From the NCBI GenBank assembly GCA_964016885.1, contig OZ024750.1, positions 50,158,001-50,222,000 on the forward strand: DNA of 64,000 nucleotides, read 5' to 3'. Positions 43,438-57,414 of the stretch are shown here, in pieces. The position numbers and the translations under genes are program-made. Under the pieces are notes generated by a model, which was not told the origin of the DNA, ran no database searches, and worked only from the letters and a program-made list of their open reading frames with translations. The DNA is from Eledone cirrhosa. Its lineage: Eukaryota. Position 1 is the first letter of the stretch. Every line of letters starts with the position of its first letter.

Positions 43438-43617
43438 TGTTTATACTTTAGGCACAAGGCCAGCAATTACCCAGTGCATTAATGGTACTTTATTTTATCA
43501 ACCCCGTAAGGATGAAAGGCAAAGTCAACCTCGGCGGGATTTGAACTCAGATCATAAAGGGACGTAACTATGCTGGAAAGCATGGCGTCCGACTCTCTAC
43601 CGATACTGCCAATCCAC
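43438..43617 (-). mobile_element. tRNA-derived SINE (51279 family) with an 18-bp TSD
   Basis: TSD AGGATGGTTAAATATAAT at 43420-43437 and 43618-43635. Confidence 0.9.
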
Positions 43618-43720
43618 AGGATGGTTAAATATAATGCAAGATGGACACCAACAGAATTTTGAAACAGTGAGGTAATAGACACAATTGCGAGAAAACACTA
43701 GTTTCTTTCCGCTCCTTACA

Positions 43721-43793
<73 letters not shown>

Positions 43794-43798
<5 letters not shown>

Positions 43799-44716
43799 GT
43801 AAGTATGTATGTATACGTACATACATATATGTATACAGACGTACAGTAGTATGTATATATATACATACATGCACACATATATATATCACGTATCGGTTTA
43901 CCGAACATTTATTCCTGCCAGATGGTTGAACGTCTGAAAGTATATACTTTCCTTATGCATATTTACGGCTGAGCAGCCTAATTTGCCTATCGAGTGAGTT
44001 CAGTCGGCCGGGCACACCGAAAACGATAAATGGAATAGAATGAAACGAAATTTCATTTCTCACTCTTAGTACGGTACTTATTTGACTGTAAGTATGTATG
44101 TATGTATACGTACATACATATATGTATCCAAACGTATAGTAGTATGTATATATATACATACATGCACACATATATATATGCACGTATCGGTTTACCGAAC
44201 ATTTATTATAATGCTCGGTTTGTTTGTTTGTAAACAAACAAACAGCCCGAATTACGCCGAATTTCGTTTAATTCTATTCCATTTATCGTTTTCGGTGTGC
44301 CCGGCCGACTGAACTCACTCGATATGCAAATTAGGCTGCTCAACCGTTAATATGCATAAGGAAAGTATATACTTTCAGACGTTCAACCATCTGGCAGGAA
44401 GGTATACGATGCTGACGATAGCTAATAAGCTTGAAACTAATACATCGTTCCTGTGTCAGTGTTGAACAGACAGGTGACGTGGTTGCCTGAACACTGCACG
44501 GTGTAATTCGGGCTGTTTGTTTGTTTACAAACAAACAAACCGAGCATTATAATAAATGTTCGGTAAACCGATACGTGAGTTTATATATGTGTGCATGTAT
44601 GTATACACACTACTGTACGTCTGTATACATATATGTATGTACGTATACATACATACTTACATTTAAGTAAGTGCCGTTCTAAGTGTGAGAAATGAAATTT
44701 CGTTTCATTCTATTCC

Positions 44717-44720
<4 letters not shown>
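43794..44720. mobile_element. Family B copy 3: minus pieces 43794-44260 and plus unit ~44259-44720 with HHR 44405-44448
   Basis: TACGATG-CTGACGA-TAGCTAATAAGCTT-GAAA-CTAA-TA-CATCGT; ~25-nt terminal redundancy. Confidence 0.85.
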
Positions 44721-44813
<93 letters not shown>

Positions 44814-44996
44814 AGAATGAAGTATAGCATAATCAAAGCCCTGGTTGCAGCCAAGCTAACGAACGCCGTCGGAATGTGCAGCTAAAGCACTCAAAAATAA
44901 TTTTACCTTAGAGTTATAACATTACGTTTAGACAGCTATGCAAATTGAAGACAGCGACCGATAAGCGAGCTGCTACAACGAAATTAACCGACTCAG

Positions 44997-45033
<37 letters not shown>

Positions 45034-46169
45034 TAAAAGCATGTACAATTTTATTGTTGTAACTTGTTTGGAAGGTGACTTGATCTAATGAAAACTAAAG
45101 CAAATACACCGTGGAACTATAAATTTACCCATTCAAACCTCACAAAAAACTAATCAATTTGCTTCAAATTCATTACCTATTTCTCAGGGTCAGTAGCACT
45201 AAGCCAACGACCAAGCAACTTTAGATATCAAGAAATAAATGATATATGTCAGGTGAATTTAACTGTTTCTGTGTATTTTTGAATGGCTAAACTATTCCTT
45301 AGATAATATTTAACATCATCTGTTAAAATAACCATTGTCTGGTTTGACAGAATCTATAGAATACCGGGAAAGGTTCCTTGCCGTATTTAGTAATGGCTCA
45401 TTACTACTCCGCCGAGGCCTATTTTGCATCTACTTTCCTGGGGTAGATAAAATGTATACCCTTAACATACATATGCAATCGGCCATCACCATCCTCCCCA
45501 ATTTATGACCATGAGCCTATGTTAAAAATCAATATCACACGTAGATATCATATGGAACACGATAATATTTACTTGGTTCGATTTCTGTAAAGGGAACTGA
45601 TTCACTTTTCATTCTCGAATTGGTGTTTATATAATATCTAATACCACAGAGCGTTTAAAAGTGTTCAAACGTTAGTCTAATCATAATTCGATTGGTGGTG
45701 TTATTTCTTAACGTAAACACAATCGAGTGTTTAATATACCAACACAAATCTTTCTCTATATCTAACATCAATGTCAATGCAAACATAACTATATTAAATT
45801 CTACTCAAATATTATTTAATACAAACATAAAATGTCATAAGCGGCCCGTAATGTGTCAACAAAAGCAACACATCAGAATTTAAATGATGTTTATATTTTG
45901 CAATAACTCTGTGCCTTCTAGCTTCTACAGTAAAATAAAAACGCTATTATTTTCAACAAATAAGATTATTAATATATGAAATTAAATTAAATGCTTTATT
46001 TTGTCGGAATAAGACCAACAATAAGTCTATTAATCAGATTTTCCTACAAGGTATATACGACTAGTAAACAGAATTGCTAAATATATTGCACAAATAAATA
46101 TAATCGTAATGAAAGTATTGTTTTAGAGCAAAATCACACACACAAATGCACACAGATACGGCCCACACC

Positions 46170-46508
<339 letters not shown>

Positions 46509-47374
46509 CTCTTTTATTTGTTCCAGCCATCCGGCTGGGTGTGGATATATGTACATGTGTATAATTTGTATAATTATGAACGTAAATATATCTAGAATAA
46601 ACCAAAGCTAATCCAAGCAAATGTAACCCGTAAACCTCATTGAATAGACCCATGCGGCACATACAAATCAAAATTCCAATATCGAATTCGACCTTCTAAA
46701 CAATATCCTAACCTTTTCCGCAAAACAACCACCGCTCTGCAATAATTACTGGTATGGGGATGATAGACAACATTCACCTGCAGCCGGTGATGTATGTAGT
46801 TTAGCAATGGCTAGGAGACTCATTCCGTAATTGGCCATGCGCACCTCCTGCCAGTGTCCCCAACCGAACATTCTCGACCATTTACTGCAGACGAATCTGA
46901 TTCGACATACTGGCATGCACCGAAATAAATCATAAGCTCTATAAGTTGTAGAACCTGCACTAATTAAATTTAAACCCTCACATCACTGATTTAACCTAAT
47001 CTCAAAATCAAACTTAACCAAAATCCCAGCAGTTTCTCAATAACTTTATCCCAGATAACGAAACGACAATTTCAAACAAAGTTACGGCGTGAGACCCCAT
47101 TCCCTGGTAATAGAATATAAATTTCCTATAAACGTGGTTTCAAACCAAACAGATTAAATCAAACTGAGAAACTATGATTATCTCGTATCAGAAACATAAT
47201 ATAATTCATATATATATATGGATGATATGCACCTAACAAGCAATTAAAAGACGAAATAAATTGTTAAATAAAATAGTATCTTAATCATTTAAAACAGTAT
47301 ACTAAAAAATGAAATTTTAAGTTAATAAATACTATTTAAATAAAAGTTATTGAAATACTATCTTACATGAACCA

Positions 47375-47635
47375 CCTCGTAAAAGATTGTTCAACGAAGA
47401 GCATGCATGTTAGTTAATAGAAACTTACTACACCTGTATCAATCGGAAGTCATGTGATCTTATTCGGCCTGCTTCCGTCCTCGACAGGAAGCAAGCATAT
47501 CCCCAGGAATCTACCGCCCCAGCCTAATGACAACATTTCTTCGGTGACTTCCGTTTGATACACCTGTGCTTAGTAGATACTTCTCCCTATTAAAGAACAT
47601 ACAGGTTCTTCCTAGAATAATGTTACATACGAAGT
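47375..47635. repeat. Old imperfect fold-back (MITE-like)
   Basis: GTATCAATCGGAAGTCA / TGACTTCCGTTTGATAC plus weaker outer pairing. Confidence 0.5.
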
Positions 47636-47954
47636 AGATCGATCAATATTTATTTAGATAATACTTATTTAAATAACATTTCATTTATTTAGTATAACTA
47701 GAAAAATAAATCTTTCGCCGTATTCTTGACTAAAGAAAATGTATTATTATAGTGAGGTTTAGAACTCTCTAAGAAATGGAAAAATATCATTTAGTATAAT
47801 GTTTTAACTTAAAGATTATTTTATTTCACAAAGTAACAAGTACGAATTAAAATACGATTTAATATACCTTACACTGTATTTCCTGGCAGTGGGGACGCAT
47901 ACCCATTCTGAGTTAATAAATTTTGAAACGGTTGTCGCATCTATATTATATTTA

Positions 47955-48140
47955 GATTGGCAGCATTATTAGTGGGTCGGACGCCATACTTTGCAGCATA
48001 GAGTTACAGCCCTTTACAGTCTTAGTTCAAATCCCGCCAAGGTTAACTTTGCCTTTCATCCTTACAGGGTCGATAAAATAAAGCACCAGTAATGCACTGC
48101 CGATAATTGCTGGCCTTGTGCAAAAAGTAGAAACAATTAT
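47955..48140 (+). mobile_element. tRNA-derived SINE (51279 family), older copy
   Basis: Homology to 51279-51466. Confidence 0.85.
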
Positions 48141-49698
48141 ATTTATATACGCAGGCTTTGGTAGTGCTGAAATTGATTCATTTCTAGAATATTTTATCTC
48201 TAAATTAGGAACTTTTTAGGCAGATGTGTTATTATCTGATTAAGAGAATTCCAGTTAGAAAATGTTTGCGTTTCAGTCAACCAGCGATCCTAGAATTTGC
48301 TGCTGAATACTAAAACGAAGGGAGATTAGTTTTGATTTGAAGGAGATTTCACTGCTACTTCTTTTATATCAAGTTACAAATATAGATGTTCAAGCATTGC
48401 CTCACTCAATGTAGATATGATTTTGAGCTAGCTTGCTGTCGGCAAGACCTAGTCTCACACAGCCTTACTCTCTTAAGATTGCCAGCATATTTTATAATTA
48501 TAGAATTGAAACTTTTCTTATTAGCCGACCCTGTGGGAATTCCATGGTTTAATGAGAAACAAACAACTACTAAAATTCAACTTAAGAATCGAAATGTTCT
48601 TTTATATAAATTAGATATAATAGAATCGTCAATTAACAAAACAAATCAGTGTTTAACACCAAAATCATTCTCTACTGTTACCAACGTTGTCCATCTTTTC
48701 CCATATCTCACTCAATATTTTCCAAATAAGCGTGCGCTCATCATCAGCTTTCAAACGTGACCAACGTTATACAACAATTGTAATATTATAAGATGGCATT
48801 GTTTTAATATTCTAAGTTTCATAATTTAGTGTGCTTGGAAGTGGCAAGACCTAGGGTGTTTGTCTCACTATGGTAAATTTGTTAGTTCGATTCCCAGACC
48901 AAGGAACGCACATTTCTCTAAGGAAGAAAGACTATATTCTACGGTGCAGAATTCCACCCAGCTGATAAAAATGAGCTGTACCGTTAATTCACATATTTTC
49001 TCTCACTGAATCTACCCTGAAAACTATGTAAGGGAGAACGCGGGTCTTTGGAATACTGATCAAATTGCAAGTTAATTTCACAAACAACGCAGACAGTTCC
49101 CTGCTTCAAACAACTGGAACACTCTACTTTGTAACGACGGAGATCCTTCAATCACTGCAACTCCATCGGTGCTATTCATATTTCTCTTTATATTTCCAAC
49201 TGTTGTGCTTCGCAATCAATTCTTTATCTATATAACACCTTTCTTTCCTGATACCTTTTCTATTGTATTTCCTCCGTTCGCCTAATTCGTTTGAAAATCA
49301 GTCTTCATGTTCTCTGCAATAATTTCTTACACATACTCTGATTATTTTATCGTAAATTTCTATTTGCAAAAGATATGATGCTAATTAGTATTCCGTCCTG
49401 TCTTCCTCCCAAATTTACAGCAATGTATTCTCAATTGTGTACTGAATTGGATTGGCTTCGCTTTTATTTAGTTTTTCATCTTTGATTTTTCTTCTTTTCT
49501 ATTCTTTGTGTTTCTTATGTTATTTTGTCCGTTCTTTACCGTTTTATTTCAATTAAATTCTTGCTAATTATTAAGATATCTACAGTATTTATACTAATTA
49601 TTTCGGTCAATCTTATTTGTTAATTTCTTCTTTTACATTTAGTCTCTCGTTTATACTAATCTTATAAGCCTGTAGCATATTTTTCCGACTTTTCTTCA

Positions 49699-49770
<72 letters not shown>

Positions 49771-49862
49771 TATGTTGTATATAAATATATATACATTATA
49801 TACATACACACATGCATATATATATATATATACGTATGTTATATACACAAACATAAATATAT

Positions 49863-49980
49863 ATATAGGTAACTGTAAATAAACGGGAAGTATTGGAACA
49901 CACAGACACACATACATACATATATACATATGTATGTGTGTGTGTTCCAATACTTCCCGTTTATTTACAGTTACCTATAT
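49863..49980. repeat. ~41-bp inverted repeat with microsatellite loop
   Basis: ATATAGGTAACTGTAAATAAACGGGAAGTATTGGAACACAC and its reverse complement. Confidence 0.85.
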
Positions 49981-50953
49981 GTTTATATGTATGCTAATTT
50001 ACTTTGATTTACATTTCATATCTCCTGGAGTTTGTTCTCGTTAATTTGCTCCTTTAAAAACTGATTTTTGGCACACATCGCATGTCTACTTTTCATGCAA
50101 TTCAGTCCAAATTGTCATTATATGTTGTTAATATTATTATCGTTGTTGTTTTTTTTATTTCCTTCATTTTTTCCTTCTTTTTCCTCTCATACTTTTCTCC
50201 GACTCTCTTTATTTTTCTTCGTTTTCTTCTGCTCTTCAACCTCTCTTTATATTCTTCACCTTCATTGAATTCTCCTACTTCTACGCCTATTTCTTCGGGA
50301 AATCATTGTTTGATTCGAAGGAGTTGGCATGGAGCTCCATCCTGAAAATTAAAAGGGAAAATGCCAATAACACGTGCTATTGATGAGTATAGTTAAGTTT
50401 TGTCTCGTTACATAATTATTTCTATTTAGATTTTTTTATATTCCATACATTAATTAGTGATGCTATTAATACAGATAGAGAAGAAAGATGCATATTGACA
50501 AATTTACAATGTATTGATGTATAATAACCATATGTTAGTTTCGATATGAATACCTTAACCTCTAATATGATAACATATACATCTGTAATCATGTAAGAAG
50601 CACTGCATTCATGTATTTCCGAATTTTTTCCGTCCCTGGGTGTAATGCCTGAATTATTCACCGATTCTTTATAGTTCATATATAATGTTGCAATTTTTAA
50701 AAATGCAAACATATTTCCCAATATGTCTCAATATTAAATCCGGCGGTATTTTAAGCTACGATCATACGTGTACATTGTTGATATTATTGTTGTTGGTTAG
50801 CTTTAGTTGATATTAATTTATCTGTAGAAAGGTTAATGGCGCTCAACTCTCATTTGAATCAGGTTATGCCAGTATAGCGCTCCACGCGTTTTCGGCACTG
50901 TAAACCGTACCGAGGCCGTCACTATCCAGATTGAACAACATCCAATTTCTTCC

Positions 50954-51074
<121 letters not shown>

Positions 51075-51278
51075 GGAAGAACAAACGTTTGTTGCGTAGT
51101 CCTTTATTTATCGACCTCGAAAAATGAAATGCAAAATCAACTTCGGTGCCATTTGCACTCACATCAGTAAGCCCGAACAAATACTTAAGCATTTTTCATG
51201 CGACTGATGTAGCAAACCTATGCTCAATGGCTGAGTATGTCTAGCACAACGTCATTAATTACATCATTAATTTATTTA

Positions 51279-51466
51279 GGCGGTGGATTGGCAGTATCGG
51301 TAGAGGGTCGGACGCCATGCTTTCCAGCATAGTTACGTCCCTTTACGATCTGAGTTCAAATCCCGCCGAGGTTGACTTTGCCTTTCATCCTTACGGGGTC
51401 GATAAAATAAAGTACCAGTAATGCACTGGGTAATTGCTGGCCTTGTGCCTAAAGTAGAAACAATTA
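51279..51466 (+). mobile_element. Young tRNA-derived SINE (reference copy; Meta/Sauria-like central motif)
   Basis: A-box TGGCAGTATCGG, B-box GAGTTCAAATCCC, GCCTTTCATCCTTACGGGGTCGATAAAATAAAGTACCAG; about 10 copies in the window. Confidence 0.9.
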
Positions 51467-52785
51467 ATTACGTATTTCTCACAAAGTACGTTACACTTCT
51501 GTCGGATCTGGCAACTATTGTCCCAAACAATCAAACAACAAAATACCCTGCACGAGATATTATCAGGTATGTGACTATGTCAGAGGACGTATTTTCCGGG
51601 GGGGGGGGGAATCCCACCTGATACAGTGCTTGGCAGCGTTCTTCTCTTTAATTGCAGGTGCAACTCATGTTTACAAGCCTAGGAGACTAGGAGCAGTGTA
51701 AAGTAAACTGTCTTGTTCAAGAACACAATGCGATAAATAAAAAGTACCTGTTAGTTAATGGGTAGATTCTTCCTTTATATCTCTTTCTCACTCCCAATCT
51801 CTCAATCTCTCACACTCTCTATCATTCTCTAGAGGAAATCTGCTGTATTCAAAGTTGGAGAGTGGATGGGCTCCGCCAGGTTCAAAAAATGCTGTATGTC
51901 TGTACAACACCTTTACGACTCACATAGGTGTTAAGGGACTTTACCATAACCATACTTCATTTAACATATGAGGTATATATATTAATGCATTTGATATATC
52001 TATTGATATGTATTAATATATTCCACATATCAATTAAAACAACACGTTATCTAAATATGTGTCACAGAACACGTAATTGAACAGAATACTCATGAAATTA
52101 GCGTGTCAGTGATTGAGCATTCCACGTACAAGCGCGCCCTTAACATGACAGTATGTAAAAACCTGGCTTTTCGATTTGCAGTTACAACAGATATTTGCCA
52201 GTCAAGAACCGAAATGACAGGCAATATGGTTGAGAGTCAAACATCCTAACTACTAAGCCACGTGCTTCCATGAGTCCAATATATATATATTTATTCATTT
52301 AATTTATACATATATATTATATTAATGCATTAAATATATCAGATAAAGCTACTAAATATTCGTCAATTATAAATATTGAAGACATCTATTTAGTAGATTA
52401 ATAATTTCCACTTTAATTCAATAATTTAATTAATATTTGTTAATCGGTTCTTCCCTAGCTTTTATAGGAATATATTTCTTAATTATAGAATTTAATTCGA
52501 TATATTATACTTGATGTATCACCGATTCAAAAAAAATAACTCTCGGTAATGCATGTATGTTATTTTATAGAAAGTGTAACACACACACATGAATGTATGA
52601 ATGTATGAATGTATATGTAGAGAGAGTACGTTAGGATATAAAAATAGGAGTAAAGACGGCAATCGTTGTTGACAGCAGAGAGAAATACATGTATTTACAG
52701 CGATGAAATACAATCTGTTTTATCCGTTTATGTGTTACTACGTACCGTTGTGTTGGCAGTGCACAACTCATTACTGGTGAATAAT

Positions 52786-52966
52786 AATTGTTTCTACTAT
52801 TGGCACAAGGCCAGCAATTAACCAGTACATTACTGGTACTTTATTTTATCGACCCCGTAAGGATGAAAGGCAAAGTTAACCTCGGCGGGATTTGAACTCA
52901 GACCGTAAATGGACGTAACTATGCTGGAAAGCATGGCGTCTGATGCTCTACCGGTTCTGCCAATCC
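52786..52966 (-). mobile_element. tRNA-derived SINE (51279 family)
   Basis: Homology to 51279-51466. Confidence 0.88.
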
Positions 52967-53757
52967 AGTACTCATAGATCTGATCTCTGCAATGAGAGAA
53001 ATATAATAGTATAAGATACGAGGGTGCCAATGCATCGTGTCTCGATCTCCTACCTCAAATGAAAATTTCTAAAATAATGGTTTTCTAATCTAGGAACAAG
53101 GCAAACAATTTTATTCCTTTTTTTTTTTGTGTGGTCTAGCGGGCGTCGAGTAAATCGAGACGAGTGCGTTACTGATATTTTATTTTATCGGCGAATATAA
53201 ACTTTATGAAAATAAGGATATGGTGAACATGGTCGTTATTGGGATATTGTTATCTAGCTCTGATACTGCTGATCTCACCTCGGTTTAACGAAATAGATAT
53301 AAAACATATTCAACTCTAAGTATGTCTCATATCTTTGTTATTTCCATTGTAATAGTTCATTAGCCAATCTCAGATAGAGACATATAACATGATTTCTTTT
53401 CTCTAGCTCAACAACAGCCTAAAGCGTATTCCACTCGGCTACATTTCCATACTTCTCTCATGAATACAATCACTACGTACAGTATATAATTATTTTCAAC
53501 TCATTTACACTACTGAAACTGTTTTTTTAGAATACTATTGTTTCATAATAGTAATAATAAATAATATAATAATAATAAAATAAATAAATATTCTCAATAG
53601 TATATTAAATAATATAGTATAACGAGTAATATTTGAAGAAAACATTTATAAACATAGGGATATTTTTTTCTTCGCGCGTACGAAAAAGTACACGTTCAAG
53701 AATGCCGAGTTAAATAACCAATCAACTATTTCGATATAAATATATGCCTACGGACAT

Positions 53758-53854
<97 letters not shown>

Positions 53855-53890
53855 TATATATATATAGATAGATATAGATATATATAGATA

Positions 53891-53980
<90 letters not shown>

Positions 53981-54199
53981 ATACATATATATATATATAT
54001 AATATATATATGGAGGTGTATACTGCTTTGCTTTCAGTCAACTTCATGTCGCAGTAACCATATTCAAGGTGATATAACAAGTAGTTATATTTACATATAA
54101 TTTGTGTATATTAGCAACATCGGGGTCATGTGTACCGTTATAAAATGTGATTTACAAATATAACTTCTAGTCTCTCTATATGGAATAGTTATCTGAAAT

Positions 54200-54346
54200 G
54201 TTGTCTTCTTCGCAGCAGTGAAGCTTCAACCGAACATATAGAAACAGTTCTAGTCCTGTAGAAGCCATTTCTATATTAAATATTTCATTCTGCTATGTAT
54301 TAAGTACCTTACTTACCGTAGATATCCCCGTTTGAACCCGGGATAA

Positions 54347-54350
<4 letters not shown>
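54200..54350 (+). mobile_element. Family C forward copy with degenerate HHR
   Basis: CTTCGCAG / CTGTAGAAG helix I around CAGTGAA..GAAAC AGTTCTA GTC. Confidence 0.55.
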
Positions 54351-55091
<741 letters not shown>

Positions 55092-55094
55092 GAA

Positions 55095-55295
55095 GTGAGA
55101 AAAACCACAGACCCTCCATCTCAACTCTACTTTTGAAAAGCAGAAGAACTACGAAACCGGTAAAGGAACCAAATAAATATATATATATTTAAAAAAAATA
55201 GTTGCATTTTCGATTTCATCTTTTTTTCTTTATACTTTCACACGTGTAGGACACCTCGGTTATTTTTCATTTTGTAAAAAAACCTCACTTTCTAA
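55095..55295 (+). mobile_element. Family I solo 3' end
   Basis: Homology to 30586-30795. Confidence 0.85.
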
Positions 55296-55297
55296 TG

Positions 55298-55340
<43 letters not shown>

Positions 55341-55363
<23 letters not shown>

Positions 55364-55796
55364 GGACTGACAGCTAGCGCAAGGCCACTCCCTCATTCGG
55401 CCGCTGACCTCTGCCCAACCGACCCCATTTCGCGCGCACGCGCGCTCTGCCGAATACCTCAGATATTCATAACAACAAACAGCGGAGGCGCGTTTCGCAC
55501 CTGTCCGACAGACAACCTTTCCCCCACCCCGGAAAAAAACCCCAGTTGATGGATGTGAATCCGAAATATATAGGGACTATTAAATCTCTCCCAAGGTAAT
55601 TCTCTCTTGTGTTGTTATTTTTATTTTATCCTTTATACTCTTCCCTTCATTCTTCTACACATCTTACACATCTTATACACACCACGCATCTCAACGTACA
55701 CCCACTTACATCTCTCTCTCCACCACCGGATCTTGTTACCCGGAGATTTACCGATTTGCATTGTCGAGGCTTCCAAACGACTTAAAGATATTTACA
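55341..55796 (+). mobile_element. Family G single-orientation copy with extra GC-rich 5' sequence
   Basis: 55472-55796 matches 18345-18673. Confidence 0.85.
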
Positions 55797-55835
55797 TATA
55801 TATATATATATATATGTGTGTATGCGTGTGTATGC

Positions 55836-55894
<59 letters not shown>

Positions 55895-55950
55895 TAATAT
55901 AATATAATAACCAACATGAAATGACAACTTCACAGTTAAATGACTGACAT

Positions 55951-56135
55951 GGTGGATTGGCAGTATCGGTAGAGGGTCGGACGCCATGCTTTCCAGCATA
56001 GTTACGTACCTTTACGATCTGAGTTCAAATCCCGCCGAGGTTGACTTTGCCTTTCATCCTTACGGGGTCGATAAAATAAAAGTACCAGTAATGCACTGGG
56101 TAATTGCTGGCCTTGTGCCTAAAGTAGAAACAATT
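55951..56135 (+). mobile_element. tRNA-derived SINE (51279 family)
   Basis: Near-identical to 51279-51466. Confidence 0.9.
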
Positions 56136-56149
56136 TTTTAAATATATAT

Positions 56150-56194
<45 letters not shown>

Positions 56195-56197
56195 CAC

Positions 56198-56360
56198 GAT
56201 ATTAATAAATGGAAACTATATTTATAAAACCATATTTATTTCATTATACATATTTCAGGGATACCAAATTAAATTATGGTATGCCTTCATCAGACAAAAT
56301 ACAATATATAACAGTTTTACAAATAAGCTTTGACGTACCCTTTTAAAATGCAACCATTAT
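56198..56360 (-). mobile_element. Family A single arm with intact-looking HHR (56237-56301)
   Basis: Homology to 34182-34340. Confidence 0.85.
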
Positions 56361-56377
56361 TTTTGGAAGCCATCTGC

Positions 56378-56405
<28 letters not shown>

Positions 56406-56408
<3 letters not shown>

Positions 56409-57008
56409 ATGAAATATAAGAATCAAAGAACTGTTCAAAACATTATTGTGCTTACAGCTGTTTCCTCCAAACCGAGGTTTGGATTCTTCGGAGCAATTTA
56501 TTAATGCATGGACAGTTATATGACCTCCTTTTCAGCCGAGAGACATACCAATACATATTCAAACATTGATACATATTCAAACATTGTGGGTCAACATTCA
56601 TTACAGAATTTAGGCAATCTCGAAGTGTGTACTGCCACTCTAAATTCTGTAATGAATGTTGACCCACAATGTTTGAATATGTATCAATGTTTGAATATGT
56701 ATTGGTATGTCTCTCGGCTGAAAAGGAGGTCATATAACTGTCCATGCATTAATAAATTGCTCCGAAGAATCCAAACCTCGGTTTGGAGGAAACAGCTGTA
56801 AGCACAATAATGTTTTGAACAGTTCTTTGATTCTTATATTTCATATAACTGCTCTGTAAATCATCTGATGTTTTTACATTGAGCTACTTAACTTACTGGT
56901 AATAAGGTAGTAATACATTACTGCCTACCACTATTTAGGGTGTGTGTAAAATACTTACAACTGCTTAAGGTTCTGTGTTTACATAACCATAAATAGTATA
57001 ACTAATAC
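56406..57008. mobile_element. Family M fold-back: apparently identical ~208-bp arms 56406-56613 and 56640-56847, tail to ~57008
   Basis: Produces mirrored 97-aa ORFs on both strands; (TA)n flanks. Confidence 0.88.
56758..56804 (+). ncRNA. Type I HHR with U4C core, family M (mirror copy on - strand at 56449-56495)
   Basis: TGCT-CCGAAGA-A TCCAAACC TC GGTTTGGA G-GAAA-CAGCTG-TA-AGCA. Confidence 0.78.
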
Positions 57009-57414
57009 TATATATATATATATATATATATATACATAGATTTATGTATATGTATATATGGATATATATATATATGTATACATATATATGTGGGGGAAAT
57101 ACGGACACTTTGCCGTCCCACGACTGAATATATCTTGCAATTTGGTTGATTGAGATATTGTGTAAGTCTATTATGTATGTATAGATATGTGTTTCCTTTT
57201 ATAGTTCATGTTTTGTTGCTTTTCTACGCTCTGAAACAGCGTTTCGACAAAAACAAACCAGTAAAGTACATACCAAAACTAATAAACATCAACCAACATA
57301 TAACTAACTATGGATTGTGTCTAGCTGGGTGTATATTATATATGACTTCAAACATACTAAATTACAATCCTTCGCCTTTCTACTGTAAATGTGACTAAGA
57401 TATATGCACAACCT

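Noticed and set aside
44940-45000. HHR-like strings here and at ~8518, ~24945 and ~35770
   Set aside because: Core or helix I incomplete; cannot be distinguished from chance by eye
51279-51370. tRNA genes at A/B-box sites
   Set aside because: No cloverleaf; they continue into SINE bodies and some copies have TSDs
56452-56801. Mirrored 97-aa ORFs on both strands
   Set aside because: By-product of the DNA palindrome; no recognisable domain
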